Source: Mobula hypostoma (taxonomy: Eukaryota). Taken from it: a DNA stretch of 64,000 nt. The notes beneath the pieces were generated by a model that was given only the letters and a program-made list of their open reading frames with translations, had not been told where the DNA came from and did no database searches. Positions 1 to 12,900 of the stretch are shown one piece after another. The stretch is from positions 24,118,001 through 24,182,000 of the forward strand of contig NC_086108.1 of NCBI RefSeq assembly GCF_963921235.1, given 5' to 3'. Within the stretch, counting starts at the first letter, position 1, and each line of letters begins with the position of its first letter. Both the position numbers and the translations under genes were made by a program.

Positions 1-32
1 GGAGTTGCGCTAACCACTACACTACCATGCTG
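1..32 (-). mobile_element. 5' head of a tRNA-derived SINE (runs off the window)
   Basis: Minus strand CAGCATGGTAGTGTAGTGGTTAGCGCAAC, an A-box-like head resembling the SINE copy ending near 38120. Confidence 0.5.
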
Positions 33-84
33 ATAAGTAGCTAAGTAGATATTTAATAGACTTGATTATCAGAAACAGTGATAC

Positions 85-635
85 AGAACATTATCTGTCT
101 GACTGGAGGCCTGTGACTTGTAGTGTGCCACAGGGACAGATATTGGCCCTATGTTGTTCATTTATAGAAACAACTTGGATGTATATGTACAAGGTGTGGT
201 TATTAATATTGCAGAAGACACTAAAATAGCTAGTATTGTAGACAGTGAAGAAGGATATCAAAAAAAAAGGGATCTTTTTCAGCCGGGTAGGTGGCTGGGG
301 ATTAGCAAGTGACTTTCAATTCAGATAAGTGTGAGGTGTTTAGAACGCACACAGTCTGTTCTCAGAGAAAGGAAATCAAAAACTGGAGGGCTTAGGTTTA
401 AGGTGAGAAGGAAAGATTTAATAGGAAACTGAAGGGCAAATTTTTCACCCAAAATGGTAGGCTTACAGAATAAGCTGCCAGAGGATTCAACTGAGGCAGG
501 CAGAATAACAACTTAAAGCTTGGATAGGTACGTAGAGAGAAAAGGTTTAGAGGGATCTAGGCCAAATGTGGAAAAATTGGGACAGTATGGACAATTTGGG
601 CTGATTAGCCTGTTTCTGTGCTATATTACTCTGAC
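85..635 (+). mobile_element. Degenerate CR1 LINE 3' fragment
   Basis: Remnants of SDWRPVTS-VPQG and FADDTK-like coding (tctgactggaggcctgtgact; ttgcagaagacactaaaat) followed by CR1-type 3' UTR. Confidence 0.75.
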
Positions 636-644
636 TCAGCAAAA

Positions 645-1420
645 GAGAAGCATACTGCACAGAAACAGGCCCTTTGGCCCAACTCATCCATGCCACCATA
701 AAATACCTCTCCATACCAATCCTTTTTACCAGCATAGTTGATAGCTCACTGTGCCTTGGTGATTCAAGTTCTTGTCCAGATGTTTCTTAAATGCTGTGAG
801 AGTACCTGCCTCCACCATCTTCTGAGTCATAACATTCTAGATTACAAACTCTCTGAATGATTTAAAAAAATCCTTCTCGAATAGAAACCTTTCCCTATCA
901 CTTTAAACCTACACTCTGATCTGAGAAGCTTGTCACAGGGAAATGTTTCATACTATTGTTCCTACTCATGTCGCTCACAACATTTATGGGTTTATCAGAT
1001 TCCTCTTCCCAGGAAATCAAACCCAACTTATCCTGACTCTCCTCATAATTAAAATACTCAATCTAAGGACACATCTTTGTGAATCTCCTCGGCACCCTCT
1101 TGAGTGCAGTCATGTCCTTCCTATCATGCGCTGACTAAAGTGTACACAGTATCCCATCCATTGCCTAACTATGGATTTTAAATTTCTTCACTCTTATTTT
1201 GTAGTCTTGCACATTTGCAAATGCAGACAAGCATCCTGAGTGCCTTATCAATACTCTTTAGGGTCCTGAAACTCATTTTATGACTTACATTATTATATTT
1301 CTCTCAAAGTGCATCACCTCAGTCTTATCAAGATTAAATTCTATTTGCCATTGCACTGACCAATTTACAAACTGAACAATATCGTTCTGTAGCCTAAGAC
1401 TATACACCTCACTGTCAGTA
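645..1420 (-). mobile_element. Degenerate CR1 LINE 3' fragment
   Basis: Begins with the reverse 3' UTR (agaaacaggccctttggcccaac) and continues with reverse ORF2 C-terminal remnants similar to other CR1 copies in the window. Confidence 0.7.
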
Positions 1421-1619
1421 ATAAAACCAAAGAGCAATCTCCCAACTGATATGAACTGTGTGATATGAAATGCTTTCTCTTTTTCGCTTTGTCTGATCTC
1501 TCATGTGCCTGGCCTGACAAAGTTGAGGAGACAGTGGGACTGTGGTATGTTTAGTGCATGTGTGGGACTGGGTTCCTCACCACTGAGGAAGCAGGATCCT
1601 CTGCTCCATCAGTTACGAT

Positions 1620-2012
1620 GCTTTGGGTGGAAATCCATCAGAGTACATCTACAAGAATCGTTGTCTCATCCACAATTAAGAACCCCCACTCTACTTCTCA
1701 TTGCTGCCGTCAGGTAGAAGGTACCAGAACCTAAAGAATCACACCTTAAGGTTTAACAACAGCTTTTGCCCATTACCGTTAGCTTTTTTGACTTGAGCTG
1801 AAAACCAATAATCCCACTATGAACTACATTTCCCTCAACTTGCACTAATGACATTATGTTTATTTTTATTTATTTTCTCACACAAATTCTATATAATTTA
1901 TGTTAAATTAAGTTTCTGTAATTTATGATTGCTATGTACTGTGCTGCAGCTACATAAAGTAATACCCTGGCTGTGTATGCCCATGAAAATAAACAAACTG
2001 GAACTTGAAATT
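1620..2012 (+). mobile_element. Rex1/Babar LINE 3' fragment
   Basis: ttctcattgctgccgtcaggtagaaggtac encodes FSLLPSGRRY, the C-terminal motif in the other Rex-like copies; ends in AATAAA plus a short tandem tail. Confidence 0.65.
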
Positions 2013-2029
2013 CACCTCCCATTTACCTT

Positions 2030-2275
2030 CTCGACTGTACCCTTAAGATCTCACAGTTCTGCAACAAAGAGCAAGCAAGTCCTTCCCAGTGCCTTGTCCA
2101 TCATTTATTCCTCAGTTACAATCCCAAACAAAGATCTGAACATTTTACTGTGTATGGAAACTTGCTGTGGCATCTTTGCTATCGTCATAACCAAAATTGC
2201 AAAAGCATTTACACTTCAAAAGTAAATCATTTTCAGTCAGCATTTCAGAATGCTTCATCTTTGTAAAATGTTCAT
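2030..2275 (+). mobile_element. Old Deu-domain SINE (SacSINE1/AmnSINE-like)
   Basis: Diverged match to the remembered Deu core (cttgctgtg...cacttcaaaagta..catt). Confidence 0.35.
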
Positions 2276-2809
2276 TTTAAATCCAATTCCGTCCTAGAAC
2301 TCAAAACTACACATTTGAAAGCAACATGCACTGAAATTAATTATTTTTAGTGCCATTTATGCCCAAATGTGTGGTAGCAGGTAGGTGTGTGGCAGTCTGT
2401 ATGTGGTAGCCCTAAAAAAACCTGTTGTCTAAAATACTTTTGTTCATTGTCTTTGGAGTATAAAGCCAGAAAGAAAACAATACTGAGTGGCGTATGTGTA
2501 CCTTTGTTCCTTCTTGTTTATGTTGATGGCTTCCCCAGTAGGACGTAAAGAATTAGTGATAAAATAAACAACAAAATAATTGACTGCAATGTCAGGGACT
2601 CTTCCCAGCTTCTCACATCACGGTTTAATTATATATGGCACCGCACTGAGCCTCTCTAATTCCAGAGACCGATAACATTTTTTTTACAGACAAAATATAA
2701 TAGCCTGCTGTGTCAAAGCTCCGGTACTTTACTTTAAATGCTTTTCACTTAGTAAAGATTCTTGCCCAGATTAATTCAAAGACATTGAATCTATTTCATC
2801 TTAAAGAAA

Positions 2810-3090
2810 AAGAAGTGCAATTTATTTCACACCTTTCATGGCTACTGGGTGTCCTGCCATGGTCTGCAGCTAATGAAGGCTGATCCTTTGGACTGAATCA
2901 CTGAGGTAACTTGAAAAATGTGGTAATGCATGGGGAAACAAACAATAAACCCTGTATGCAGCAACAAGATAAATGCCCAAATCATTTGATCAAATGATGC
3001 TGTTCGTGCAATTAGCATGGATACAGAGAATCCCTCTAATCTTCTTCGAGAAACGCCATGGGATATTTTACATACACCAGACAGTGTACC
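2810..3090 (-). mobile_element. Old Deu-domain SINE (SacSINE1/AmnSINE-like)
   Basis: cttcttcgagaaacgccatgggatattttacatacacc resembles the reverse complement of the Deu core (gatcccatggc...cgaagaag). Confidence 0.4.
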
Positions 3091-3599
3091 GATTGCTACA
3101 TTGAAGTTTGTTTTAATCTGTATCACTTCGTTCTCTGTTCCCAAACTCTGATGGCAGTCACTCTGTAGGGCATTAAGAAATAGAAAAATATACCTCATGA
3201 AAGGCTGGTGAAGATCACAAAACCAAGTTACCCAAGGTCATACAAAGTTTAGTTTCGATGTCTTCCTCTACTCGTTATTAACTTGGACAAGGTTGGGTGA
3301 GTGTTAACTGCACAAATCAGTGTTAATTTGAACTGACAGTTGTTTAAGACAGATTTGTTAATTGCAAAGCTAGGTCATTCCTCAGCCACCTTATGCATCT
3401 GTACTCTCGCAATTTCTAATGATGTTAATATTAATTGCTGAAAAGTTACAAGAAATTCTAATAGTTCATTTCACTGCACATCCACACTTTGATCAGCACA
3501 ACATGAAATCTGGCATTTGAGTGAGCTGGACTTTCTGTTGACCTTTATCGAAAATTCCTCTTGCTATAATGAGGCATGTTTATAAGAACATATCTGGCC

Positions 3600-4100
3600 T
3601 GTGGTGATAGAGCTCATCCTGTCCTGGGCAGTAGACCAATCTTGAGAGAGAGGTGCCTGGAAATTGTGTGTCATCAAAGTACTTGGTCTTACATGGAGAC
3701 TATGTGCAAACCCCTGTTACTGGACCCCTGGTATTGGTCCCCATCTCTGATAACAAATGTCTCAGAACATCACATACTATAGGACATTCTGTGCATACCA
3801 GTATCATTGTGCCACCCGCCCTTCCAGATGTCAATGCATGGTTTACAGAGAGGATGCTGGGACTGTGGGGAAAGATGCAATGGAAATAAGCTTTGGAGAT
3901 GGAAGTGGGAGAGGGAGGGGAAGCAAGTTAGTTTTGGTGGTAAATTGGGCAATTGAAAATTTGAAACATGACTTTTGGACAATAGCATGTGCAAGGGTTA
4001 CTGGAGCCTTGACTGATCCTGGGAAAATGGGCTGGTCTCCTGGAGTCATTAGATAGGTAGGGTGATGTTGAAGATGTATTTAAACTGGATCTGGCAGAGA
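3600..4100 (+). mobile_element. Possible ancient L1/Tx1-type LINE C-terminal remnant
   Basis: Fragments LWGKMQW and VNWAIENLKHDFW resemble the region after the CCHC motif in Tx1 ORF2; very decayed. Confidence 0.3.
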
Positions 4101-4199
4101 GGGGGGAGGCTTGGTTCAAAGCATAAGTGAACCCTTGAGTGGAATTATTTGCAGCAGAGCTAGGCACAGCACTCTAGGACATTGGATTAAGTAAACCAG

Positions 4200-4875
4200 C
4201 TTCCCTTTCACTGACCCTGAACCTGCCGCCACATTCATTGTGCAATCTGATCTGCCTTGGCCGTTTATAACATCTGTGGGCCGTGCTGAAGAATCGCTAT
4301 GAATATATAGGCACAAGAAAGCCATGTTCGTGGAGAATGCAGGAGCAGTTCGGTCCTCTGCAGGAACCACACAGCTTACATGTAATCCGCTTTAGAGTTG
4401 GAATTCCATCCAATGAAACATGCACACATTGCACCACAAGATTGATTTTCAATCTAGTCAGCACAAGAAGGGTCACTGACCACTTTGTCTTCACATCTGA
4501 CAAAACAGTCCTGAAGCAGACACTCTTTTCTGAGCTCTGTCACAAGAGAGAATTCAAGGATGTGGTTAAGCACATCTTGAAGGAATGCAGTATCCTTATC
4601 CGATTCCTGGAGAATCTCTAGTCCATAATTGGTCTAAGAGGAGAAGGAGCATTAGGGTTGGTATGGAGAAACTAGACGCCATGCATTGGTACACCAATGT
4701 CCTGAACAAGAGCTGGAAGACATGACAATCTCACAGTCTCTCCATCCAGCTGCCTCATCGACCACATACTCTTTCACCCATGAAAGAGTCTGCCGTTTCC
4801 ATATTGGCATCATTATTCACCATAGGACACAGTAAACCAGAGTTGATGTAAGTCATGATCCTAAGGCATTACCTG
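4200..4875 (+). mobile_element. Old RTE LINE 3' fragment
   Basis: LKQTLFSELCHKREFKDVVKHILKECSI parallels LPKQIFYSQL...KRFKDVLKDNTKKCNI in the RTE copy at 29231; ends in a zinc-finger remnant (RVCRFHIGII). Confidence 0.55.
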
Positions 4876-5004
4876 AGAAGATGCAATAAGGTATTTAAAA
4901 TGTTACCACATTGTCAATTTCTGTTCAGTCTGTGTTATTCTGTGTTATTATTAATGACACTAAGTGTTTCTAAAGTCTGACATCAGTCCTTACTCATGAG
5001 AGGT

Positions 5005-5022
5005 GGGGGGGAGGGAGGGAGG

Positions 5023-5060
<38 letters not shown>

Positions 5061-5064
5061 GAGG
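5005..5064. repeat. (GGGA)n/(GA)n polypurine microsatellite
   Basis: Directly visible. Confidence 0.95.
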
Positions 5065-5339
5065 CTGAACTTTGCAGTGTAAGGGAAATAAACCTTAATG
5101 CAAACACCCATTAGTTTGACCACCACTGAAGAAATATACTGTTTATAAAAGATATTGGTGAATATGCAGGGTAATAAAGATGATCCATTTATGAATGAAC
5201 AGTGAAGGCCTCCCTGACATCCCAGCAGTGTTGCAGAAACCACTTCAATGCCTTATTGAATTCATAATTAGGTATTCTTTGCTCACCACTTTATCTCCAC
5301 ACTAATCCAATTATGGGAATGTTTCAGCAATAGTGCATC

Positions 5340-5790
5340 AATCGTAGTACTTCCTCTCCAAATCAGGACGGTAACTCTGCATAAAGATCCTGCTCAACTA
5401 GATGAAGAGAATTTAGCATCATTTGTTTTAGATCTGCAGCATCAAAATGTTTGAAGATGCAGCTCAAACTCTTTTTTTGCTCGGTTACATCTTTATTTTC
5501 AAATCAAATGTCGTTTGCTTTGGCTGCGGAAGTTTCAGTTCACTCAAAGGAAACAAAGGCAACATTTGGAATGGAACACACTTCCTCTCAGCTCAGAATG
5601 AAGGAATCATCTCTTCCCACTCAGGAATACCAGGTGTCAAGGTTACTATAGATTTTCTGCTAGACTGTCTCATAAATGTTCCTCAATCTCAGTCCACAGA
5701 AAGCACTACAATGACAATTTCATTTCCTCATTATCAATGAACAGTGACCTGGAAGCACCCTACTCACAAAGTACAGAACCTGTAAATTAC
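5340..5790 (+). mobile_element. Possible old RTE endonuclease remnant
   Basis: acctggaagcaccct encodes TWKHP, similar to the RTE endonuclease TWxHP motif; the remainder is heavily decayed. Confidence 0.3.
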
Positions 5791-6639
5791 TAACTAGCCT
5801 GTAAAAAGTTACCAAGAGTTACATTAGAAACAGCATCACACCCTCAAAGTGTTGGTCTGCAGCTTGGCGACAAGCTAGTCACACATTATTGCCTAAGTGT
5901 TGTCCCAGGGTGGAAGGGAAGGTATTATAAAGTAACTCATGTCAGTTAGCTCTCCAGTACAAGCTGCTGTTTGCAACATGTGAATGTGATTGTTGGCAGG
6001 CTAAAAATAACTGTTTTGATGGATGTCTTGTAATTTCAGCCATGGGTTATTTGCAATTTCATGCAGACTCTTCCATTTGTGGTGTATGGATTTGATTTGA
6101 TCATTATTGCAATGATTAGTTCCACATTATGAGGGCTTATTTTGAAGATCAACACACAGGGCTCTTAGGGACAAAACACTGAAATCTCCTTTTGCGCAAT
6201 GAGTACCAATTTATCCATCTGGGTGACATAATGCATTCCACCTTGCATACATTAAACTTATAACTTTAAAGCTGTTTCTCCTTCACAAAGTTCATGCAGA
6301 AATTAGACTAACAATTCTCACCTTCTTGAATATCAGTAGATTGGTCTTGGACACAAAACATGATCATTTGGTATATCAAGGCCGATCCCACCATAACAAG
6401 GCATTCCATTCTTCCAATTAAAATTCCAAGAGAAAATTCAACATTTGTTTTCCACAAGGAAAAAGGGCAATCAAATTGTTTTACAGAATATTAATTTAGT
6501 CTTATTTCTTCATCTTCTGCTTCCAGCACTCTGTTTTTTTGTCACAGAGTCAGTAGGGATAGTACACTGAAAAAGGCCCTTCGCTCACCATCCACACTGA
6601 CCATCAAGCCCCCATTTACACCAACTTTATATTGAACAG

Positions 6640-7110
6640 TCAAGAGAATGGATGTCTTATTGCGTGAGGAACGATTTATCACTCAGGGCCCTTATTCGCT
6701 GAAATTTAGAAGAATTTAAATGATAGATTTCAATTCTCATTGAGACCTGTTGAATGTTGAAAATCATCGATAGAGCGGATGTGAAGAGGATGCTTTCTAT
6801 GGTGTGGAAGTCCAAGACCAGAGGCCACAGCCTCAGAATAGAGGGACATCAATTTAGAACAGAGATGAGGAGGAATTTCTTTCGCTAGGGAATAGTAAAT
6901 CTGGAATTCATTACCACAGGTGGTTAAGGGGGCCAGGGCATTGGGTGTTTTTAAGTTGGAGGTTGATAAGATCTTGATTAGTTAGGGAAGAAAGGTTATG
7001 GGAAGAAAGCAGCAGAATGGGATTGAGAGGGAAGTGGATCAACCATGATGAAATAGTTTAGCAGACTCAATGGGACGAATGGCCTAATTCTGCTCCTATG
7101 TCTTATGGTT
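6640..7110 (+). mobile_element. CR1 LINE 3' fragment
   Basis: SKTRGHSLRIEGHQFRTEMRRNFF coding remnant plus 3' UTR ending ctgctcctatgtcttatggt. Confidence 0.8.
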
Positions 7111-7635
7111 GATATAAATCCCATTTTTTAATTCATCCTACATTTCCATCAATCCCACATTCATATTCTACCATTCAACTAAACACTCAGGACAATTTAC
7201 AATGGCCAATATACCTACCAGCTCACAAGTAACTGAGCTATAGACACATCAGTAGAGTAAACAACACATATTAAATGTGTTTCCTGGTACTTTCAGTCAC
7301 TATTCATCATGTTGTAGGACAAACATCTTTATTGCTCTAGTGCCGCTCATCAACAGTATTTCCAAGTACAAAGAAATGAATGTGCATACCATGCTGACAG
7401 TCATTACAAAGCCATGGACTCAAAACCACGGACGCCCACGGAATGAGATAGGAGTGAGGAGGAAGGGAAAGGTTTATAGTGGAGGGATGGGAAGTACGTC
7501 TATCTTTATTGAGGTGGGGCAGGAAGAAGATTTCAAGCAGAAACTGGATAGGAAAACCAACAGTGTCTGTAAATTTAAGAGAAGAAAAAGGGAACCAGCA
7601 CAACAGTAATCAGAAGTGAGTGAGAGTCCAGAGTA

Positions 7636-9119
7636 GAAGACCATAAGACCATAAGACATAGGAGCAGAATTAGGCCATTCAGCTCATTGAGTCTGCTCCA
7701 CCATTCCATCACGACTGCTCCTGGATCTCATTCAACCAACACCTGCCTTCTCGACATATCATTTGCTGTTCTGACTGATCGGGAAACTATCAACTTCCAA
7801 CTTAAATATACCCATGGACTTGTCCTCCACCGCAGTCTGTGGCAGAGTATTCCACAGATTTACTACTCTCCGGCTAAAAAAATTCCTCCTTGCCTCTGTT
7901 CTAAAAGGTCTCCCCTCAATTTTGAGTCTGTGTCCTCTAGTTCAGGATACTCCACCATAGGAAACATCCTCTCCACATCCACCCTGTCTAGTTTTTTCAA
8001 CATTCAGTAGGTTTCAATGAGATCACCCCTGCATTCTTCTAAATGCCAGTGAATACAGGCCGAAAGGAGGCAAATGCTCCTCATATGTTAACCCCTTCAT
8101 TCTCGAAATCATCCTCATGTACCTCCTGTGGACCCTCTCCAATGACAACACATCATTCTGATATATGGGCCTAAAACTGTTAACAAAACTCCAAATGCAT
8201 TCTGACCAGTGTCTTATAAAGCTTCAGCAATATGTCCTTGCTTTTATATTCTAATCCCCATGAAATAAATGCCAACATTGCATTTGCCTTCTTTACCACA
8301 CACTCAACCTATAAATTAATCTTCTGGGAGCCTTGCACGAGAACTTCCAAGTCCCTCTGCACCTCTGATGTTTGAACCTTCTCCCCATTTAGATAATCGT
8401 CCTCACTACTGTTCCTTTTACCAAAATACATTACCGTACATTTCCCAACACTGTATTCAATCTATCAGTTTTTGCACATTCTTCCAATCTGTCTAAGTCC
8501 TGCTGCAACCGCATTGCTTCCTCAGCACGGATTACCCATCCACCTATCTTTGTAACATCGGCAAAATTTGCCACAAAACAATCAATTCCATTACCCAGTT
8601 CATTGATAAACAACGTGAAAAGAAGCAGTCCCAATTCTGATTCCCGAGGAATATTACTTGTCACTGGCAACCAACCAGAAAAGGCCCCCTTTATTCCCAC
8701 TCGCTGTCTCCTGTCTGTCAGCCGTTCCTCCATCCGTGCCAGTATCTTTCCTGTAACACCATAGGATTTTATCTTGTTAAGTAGCCTCATGTGTGGCACT
8801 TTATCAAATGCCTTCTGAAAATCCAAGTAAATGTCATCCACTGCCTCTTCTTTGTCCACCCTGCTTGTTACTTCCTCAAAGAATTCCAACAGCTTTGTCA
8901 GGCAAGATTTCCCTTCAAAGAAGCCATGCTGACTTGGACTTACTTTATCATTGGTCTCCAAGTGACCCAAAACCTCATCCTTTATAATAATAGACTCCAA
9001 CACTCTCCCAAACACTGAGGTTAGGCTAACTGACCTATAATTTCTTTTCTTTTGCCTTCTTCCCACCTTAAAGAGTGGAATTACATTTGCAATCTTTCAG
9101 TCCTCTGGGACCATGCTAA
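7636..9119 (-). mobile_element. CR1 LINE, 3' half (RT domain), interrupted by Gypsy
   Basis: ORF 8431-9066 has QHGF, YLDFQKAFDKVPH and FADVTK RT motifs; (ATAAGACC)n tail near 7636-7660. Confidence 0.92.
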
Positions 9120-9591
9120 TGTAAGCAGGTGACCACTGAATATCTTTTTTTATTGTTAAAGTGCACTTATGCACTTATGCTAAAATAGCTGCCTGTGCCT
9201 TTAAGAGAAAATGGTGATGTCATTTTGCACGCATGGAGTAGAACGAAGAGTTGCCATACATGTGTGCCGAAGTGAATATATTTTAGTTAAGATGAGATGT
9301 ATTTATTCATATTTTTGATGTTGTGTATAAGGTACAGGGTTGGTGGGATTCTAATGTTGTTTGTATTGTTTTGTTTTTAAGAATTGCCATTACCATATTG
9401 GTTTTCTATATTTTGTTTTGGTTATTTTCTTACTGCATACGTAACAAGGGTGTGGTCTGAAATGAAGCTGAGATTGTAATTAATTCAATTTCGTTTTTAT
9501 TTCGATACCCTCTTCCTACATTAAAACATCTAAAACAGATATAGGAATTAAAGACTCGAAAAAGTCTTTGTTGTCCTGCATGTGTGTTACA
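9120..9591 (+). repeat. 5' LTR of the Gypsy element
   Basis: Starts TGTAAG, ends GTTACA, ATTAAA near 9547, followed by a TGG-initiated PBS-like sequence. Confidence 0.65.
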
Positions 9592-9596
9592 AAATT

Positions 9597-9614
9597 TGGT
9601 TCCAGTAGTGGAGT
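9597..9614 (+). promoter_or_regulatory. Degenerate primer-binding site (tRNA-Leu-like)
   Basis: TGGTTCCAGTAGTGGAGT versus the tRNA-Leu-type PBS TGGTGTCAGAAGTGGGAT (13/18), 5 bp after the LTR end. Confidence 0.5.
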
Positions 9615-9945
9615 AATTCCAATCCAGTTTGGAGGGTTTTTGATTTTTATATGCAGTACAATGTACAATAGTGTTGAAGAATGGGTCAGCCGCTCCCTTG
9701 GGACGGAAGGAGAGCCTGTTATCGCACAAAGACTGTGGTAGAGCCTTGAGACCTGGCTGGGACATCGGGACCTACGCCAGGGCGTGGAACTGTGACGGTG
9801 ATCCAGAGCAACTGCGACCATGAAGTCATCGTGTTTCTGCAAGAAACGTTAGCAACCCCTTTCCCAGGCTTGACATAGAGACTTTAAAGACTTGAAATTT
9901 TCATAATGTTACATCCAGAGGGTGGGCAAACTGAACTGGATTTGA

Positions 9946-12900
9946 ATGAATAAATTAGAGAGTTGTGTAGTAGGCACAAGGAAGCTATGGAAAACACAGA
10001 TAAATTGCCAAATGTCCTATGTATACCTTCCAAGGGAAAGACACATTTCTCCCTTTACGGGGGATGTTGAGGAAGATGGGAGGTCTGTTGATGACTTTAT
10101 TGAAGAAGTCAAAGGGCTGCTTCATGCTAGAAATCAGTCTGACCAGGATCAGTATGATTTTGTTATGTCACTGCTCAGGGCTGCAGCTCCACAACAAGCA
10201 CAAATGTGCAGTGATGCTGAGGAATACCTCAGGGTGATGACTTGTTCACCTACCTCAGGGAAGCTTTTAGTGACAACCATAGTACACCCCAGCTGTTGCA
10301 TAGCTTCTATAGTTGCAAACAGTGTGAGGATGAAAAGAGTTTTCACATGCCCTCGCCCAAGTTCTTTACCTGCTACTGAAGAGTTCCTCTGATACTGTGG
10401 CCAATAAGAGCGTGGCGCTCAGAGATCCATTTATAATGGGCATTAAAGATCCTTCCCTTAGAAAGGGAGCTCTACAGATCTGTGCAGAATAACCTCAAGT
10501 CCTCAATGGTAGAAGAGGGAGAGGAGGCTCATCTGTGGTTTTTTGAAGAGTCCTCAGGACTGTAAAGTGTAGCAGTGTCCAGGCACAATGCTCAACTCTG
10601 AAAGCTCAAGAATCTAAGCCAGTCAATCTAGACAATGTCTTTAAAGCAGTCACAGAGCAGGACAACGCCATTAGTGAGTTGATTCAAGCAATAAAATATC
10701 TTGCTGTACAGAGGTGGTGCACATGCTACTAGCAGTAAACCTAAGTTGCAGCCTAGGTTCATAAAGGATGGGCAATCACTATGTTTCAAGTGTCAGGTGG
10801 AAGGGCATGTGGCCAAGAATTGCTCACAGAAGCAAAGTGCAAGGGATGTAGAGGCTGAGTCCCCCAGCCCTCAGGTAGTTGTGAGTCGGGGAATTCGGGG
10901 GAACCTCACAGACGATAATGTACAGCCGTTCTGTGACCCAGTGCTGCAACATGCCATAGGAACACATCCTGTTGAGCTTAAGATATCAGATGTTGCAGGT
11001 AGTCAAGTGAGCACCATGGCTGAGCAGTTCTTTCGAGAATACTTGAACAGAGTGGGTGAGGATATGTTGTCCACTGCTGGCTGACTTCAGCTAACAGCTG
11101 CTAACAGTGTTGATATTCCTTACCTTGGGTATCTAGAGCTAGAGGCTCAAGCGACGGGCATGAAGATTCCTAATTGTGGCTTTCTGGTAGTCAAAGATCC
11201 TGTTGACACTGAACAACCTGTCCCATGCATTGTAAGCATGAACATTATAAGCCAATGTAGACAACTTGTCTACACAGAATTTGACACGACCGTAGAAGGA
11301 AAATTAGATTCTGATTGGAGAGATGCTTTCTAGAAAGTGCAGTTGCGCACTACCAAAAGAAAAGCCGTAGTCCGAGTATCGGGGGAAGATACTGTGCACA
11401 TTCCTGCTGAATCTGTCATTACCATTCTGACTAGAAAGGTCATTGTGGAGATGCTGGGACTGAACATATGATGTTACTTGAGCAACTTAACACCCCTCTA
11501 CCGGGTGGTCTTGTTGTCATTCCCATGTTTGTTGACTCTCGTATTCATACAGTACCAGTATGGGTTTTAAACCTCTCTCAAGAGGATCTATGGCTCTCAC
11601 CGAGGACAGGGCTGGGTATACTATCAGAGGTAGAATGCATAGATAGTGATCAGCAATGTTCAGCGGATCTCAGCTGGCACTGAACACGTGACAGTTGGTG
11701 TAAAGGAGGAAGGTAGTGACTGCAATTTCAAGTCAATTCTGGACAAACTCGACATTAGAGGTAGTGAAGAATAACAAGCTCAGTTAAGAGCTTTACTAGC
11801 TAAGTACATGGATATCTTTGCAGTTGAAGATGAAGGCCTTGAGCACACTGACAAGGTCAAGCATGAAATTCATTTAATTGAAGACGAGCCTGTATAACAG
11901 CCATACCATCGCATTCCACCCAATCAGTATAGTGAAGTGAAAGAGCTTTTGAAGAGGGCGTGATTCAGCAGAGTAATAGTGCGTATGCCTCACCTGTAGT
12001 GTTGGTACGGAAAGCTGATGGTAGCATAAGACTGTGTGTAGATTATCGGAGACTGAATCTTAAGACTAAAAAGGCTATGTTCCTGTTCCGGCATATTCAT
12101 GGTAGTTTTGATACTCTGCGGGGAGCACAGTTTTTCTCAACAATACACCTTGCGAGAGGTTATCACTAAGTGATGGTAGAAGAGCGTGATAGGCATAAGA
12201 CTGCTTTTTCAACCCTGTTTGGTCTATATGAATAACTTCGCATGCCATTTGGGTTCTGCAATGGGCTGGCGACTTTTCAAAGACTCATGCAGGCATCCAT
12301 GAATGAATTAGTCTTCCAAGTTATGCTGGTGTATCTGCATGATATTCTGGTGTATTCACAGATTTTCCAGGAGCACTTCGAGAGGCTTGGCACTGTGCTT
12401 CAGTGACTCAAAGAGACTGGTCTGAAGGTGAAATTGGAAACGATGTCATTTTCTGCAGTCAGAGGTTAAGTTCTTAGGGCACCAGATATCAGCCAAGAAG
12501 ATGGGCACAGATCCCGAGAAGGTCTCGGCTGTTCAGCAATGGCCAGTACCGTCTACAGTCAAAGACTTAAGATCATTTTTAGCTTTTGTAGTTATTATAG
12601 ACGTTTCGTTCAGGGATTCTTAAAGATTGCAGGTCCACTGCATGATGTAGTGAATTTGTGTCTTGGTGCAGGGAGTCTTAGTAAAACAAAACAGCTGTTA
12701 AAACAGTCTTGGACGGAAGAATGTCAAACTTGCTCAAAGAGAAACTGACCATCTCACCTGTCCTCAGCTTTGCCGATTTCACACAGCCTTTCATAGTGAG
12801 GACTGATGCCAGCAGTCACGGACTAGAAGCTGTTTTATACCAGCAACAGGGAGAGGCAAAGAGGGTTATTGCTTGTGCAATCCGACGATCGAGAAATGCT

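Noticed and set aside
5447..5740. 97-aa ORF with a hydrophobic N-terminus as a secreted peptide
   Set aside because: No recognisable family or splice support; overlaps a probable old RTE remnant.
9946..10830. Domesticated gag (PNMA/Arc-like) gene
   Set aside because: Frameshifted and stop-containing, inside a full decayed Gypsy with LTR and PBS.
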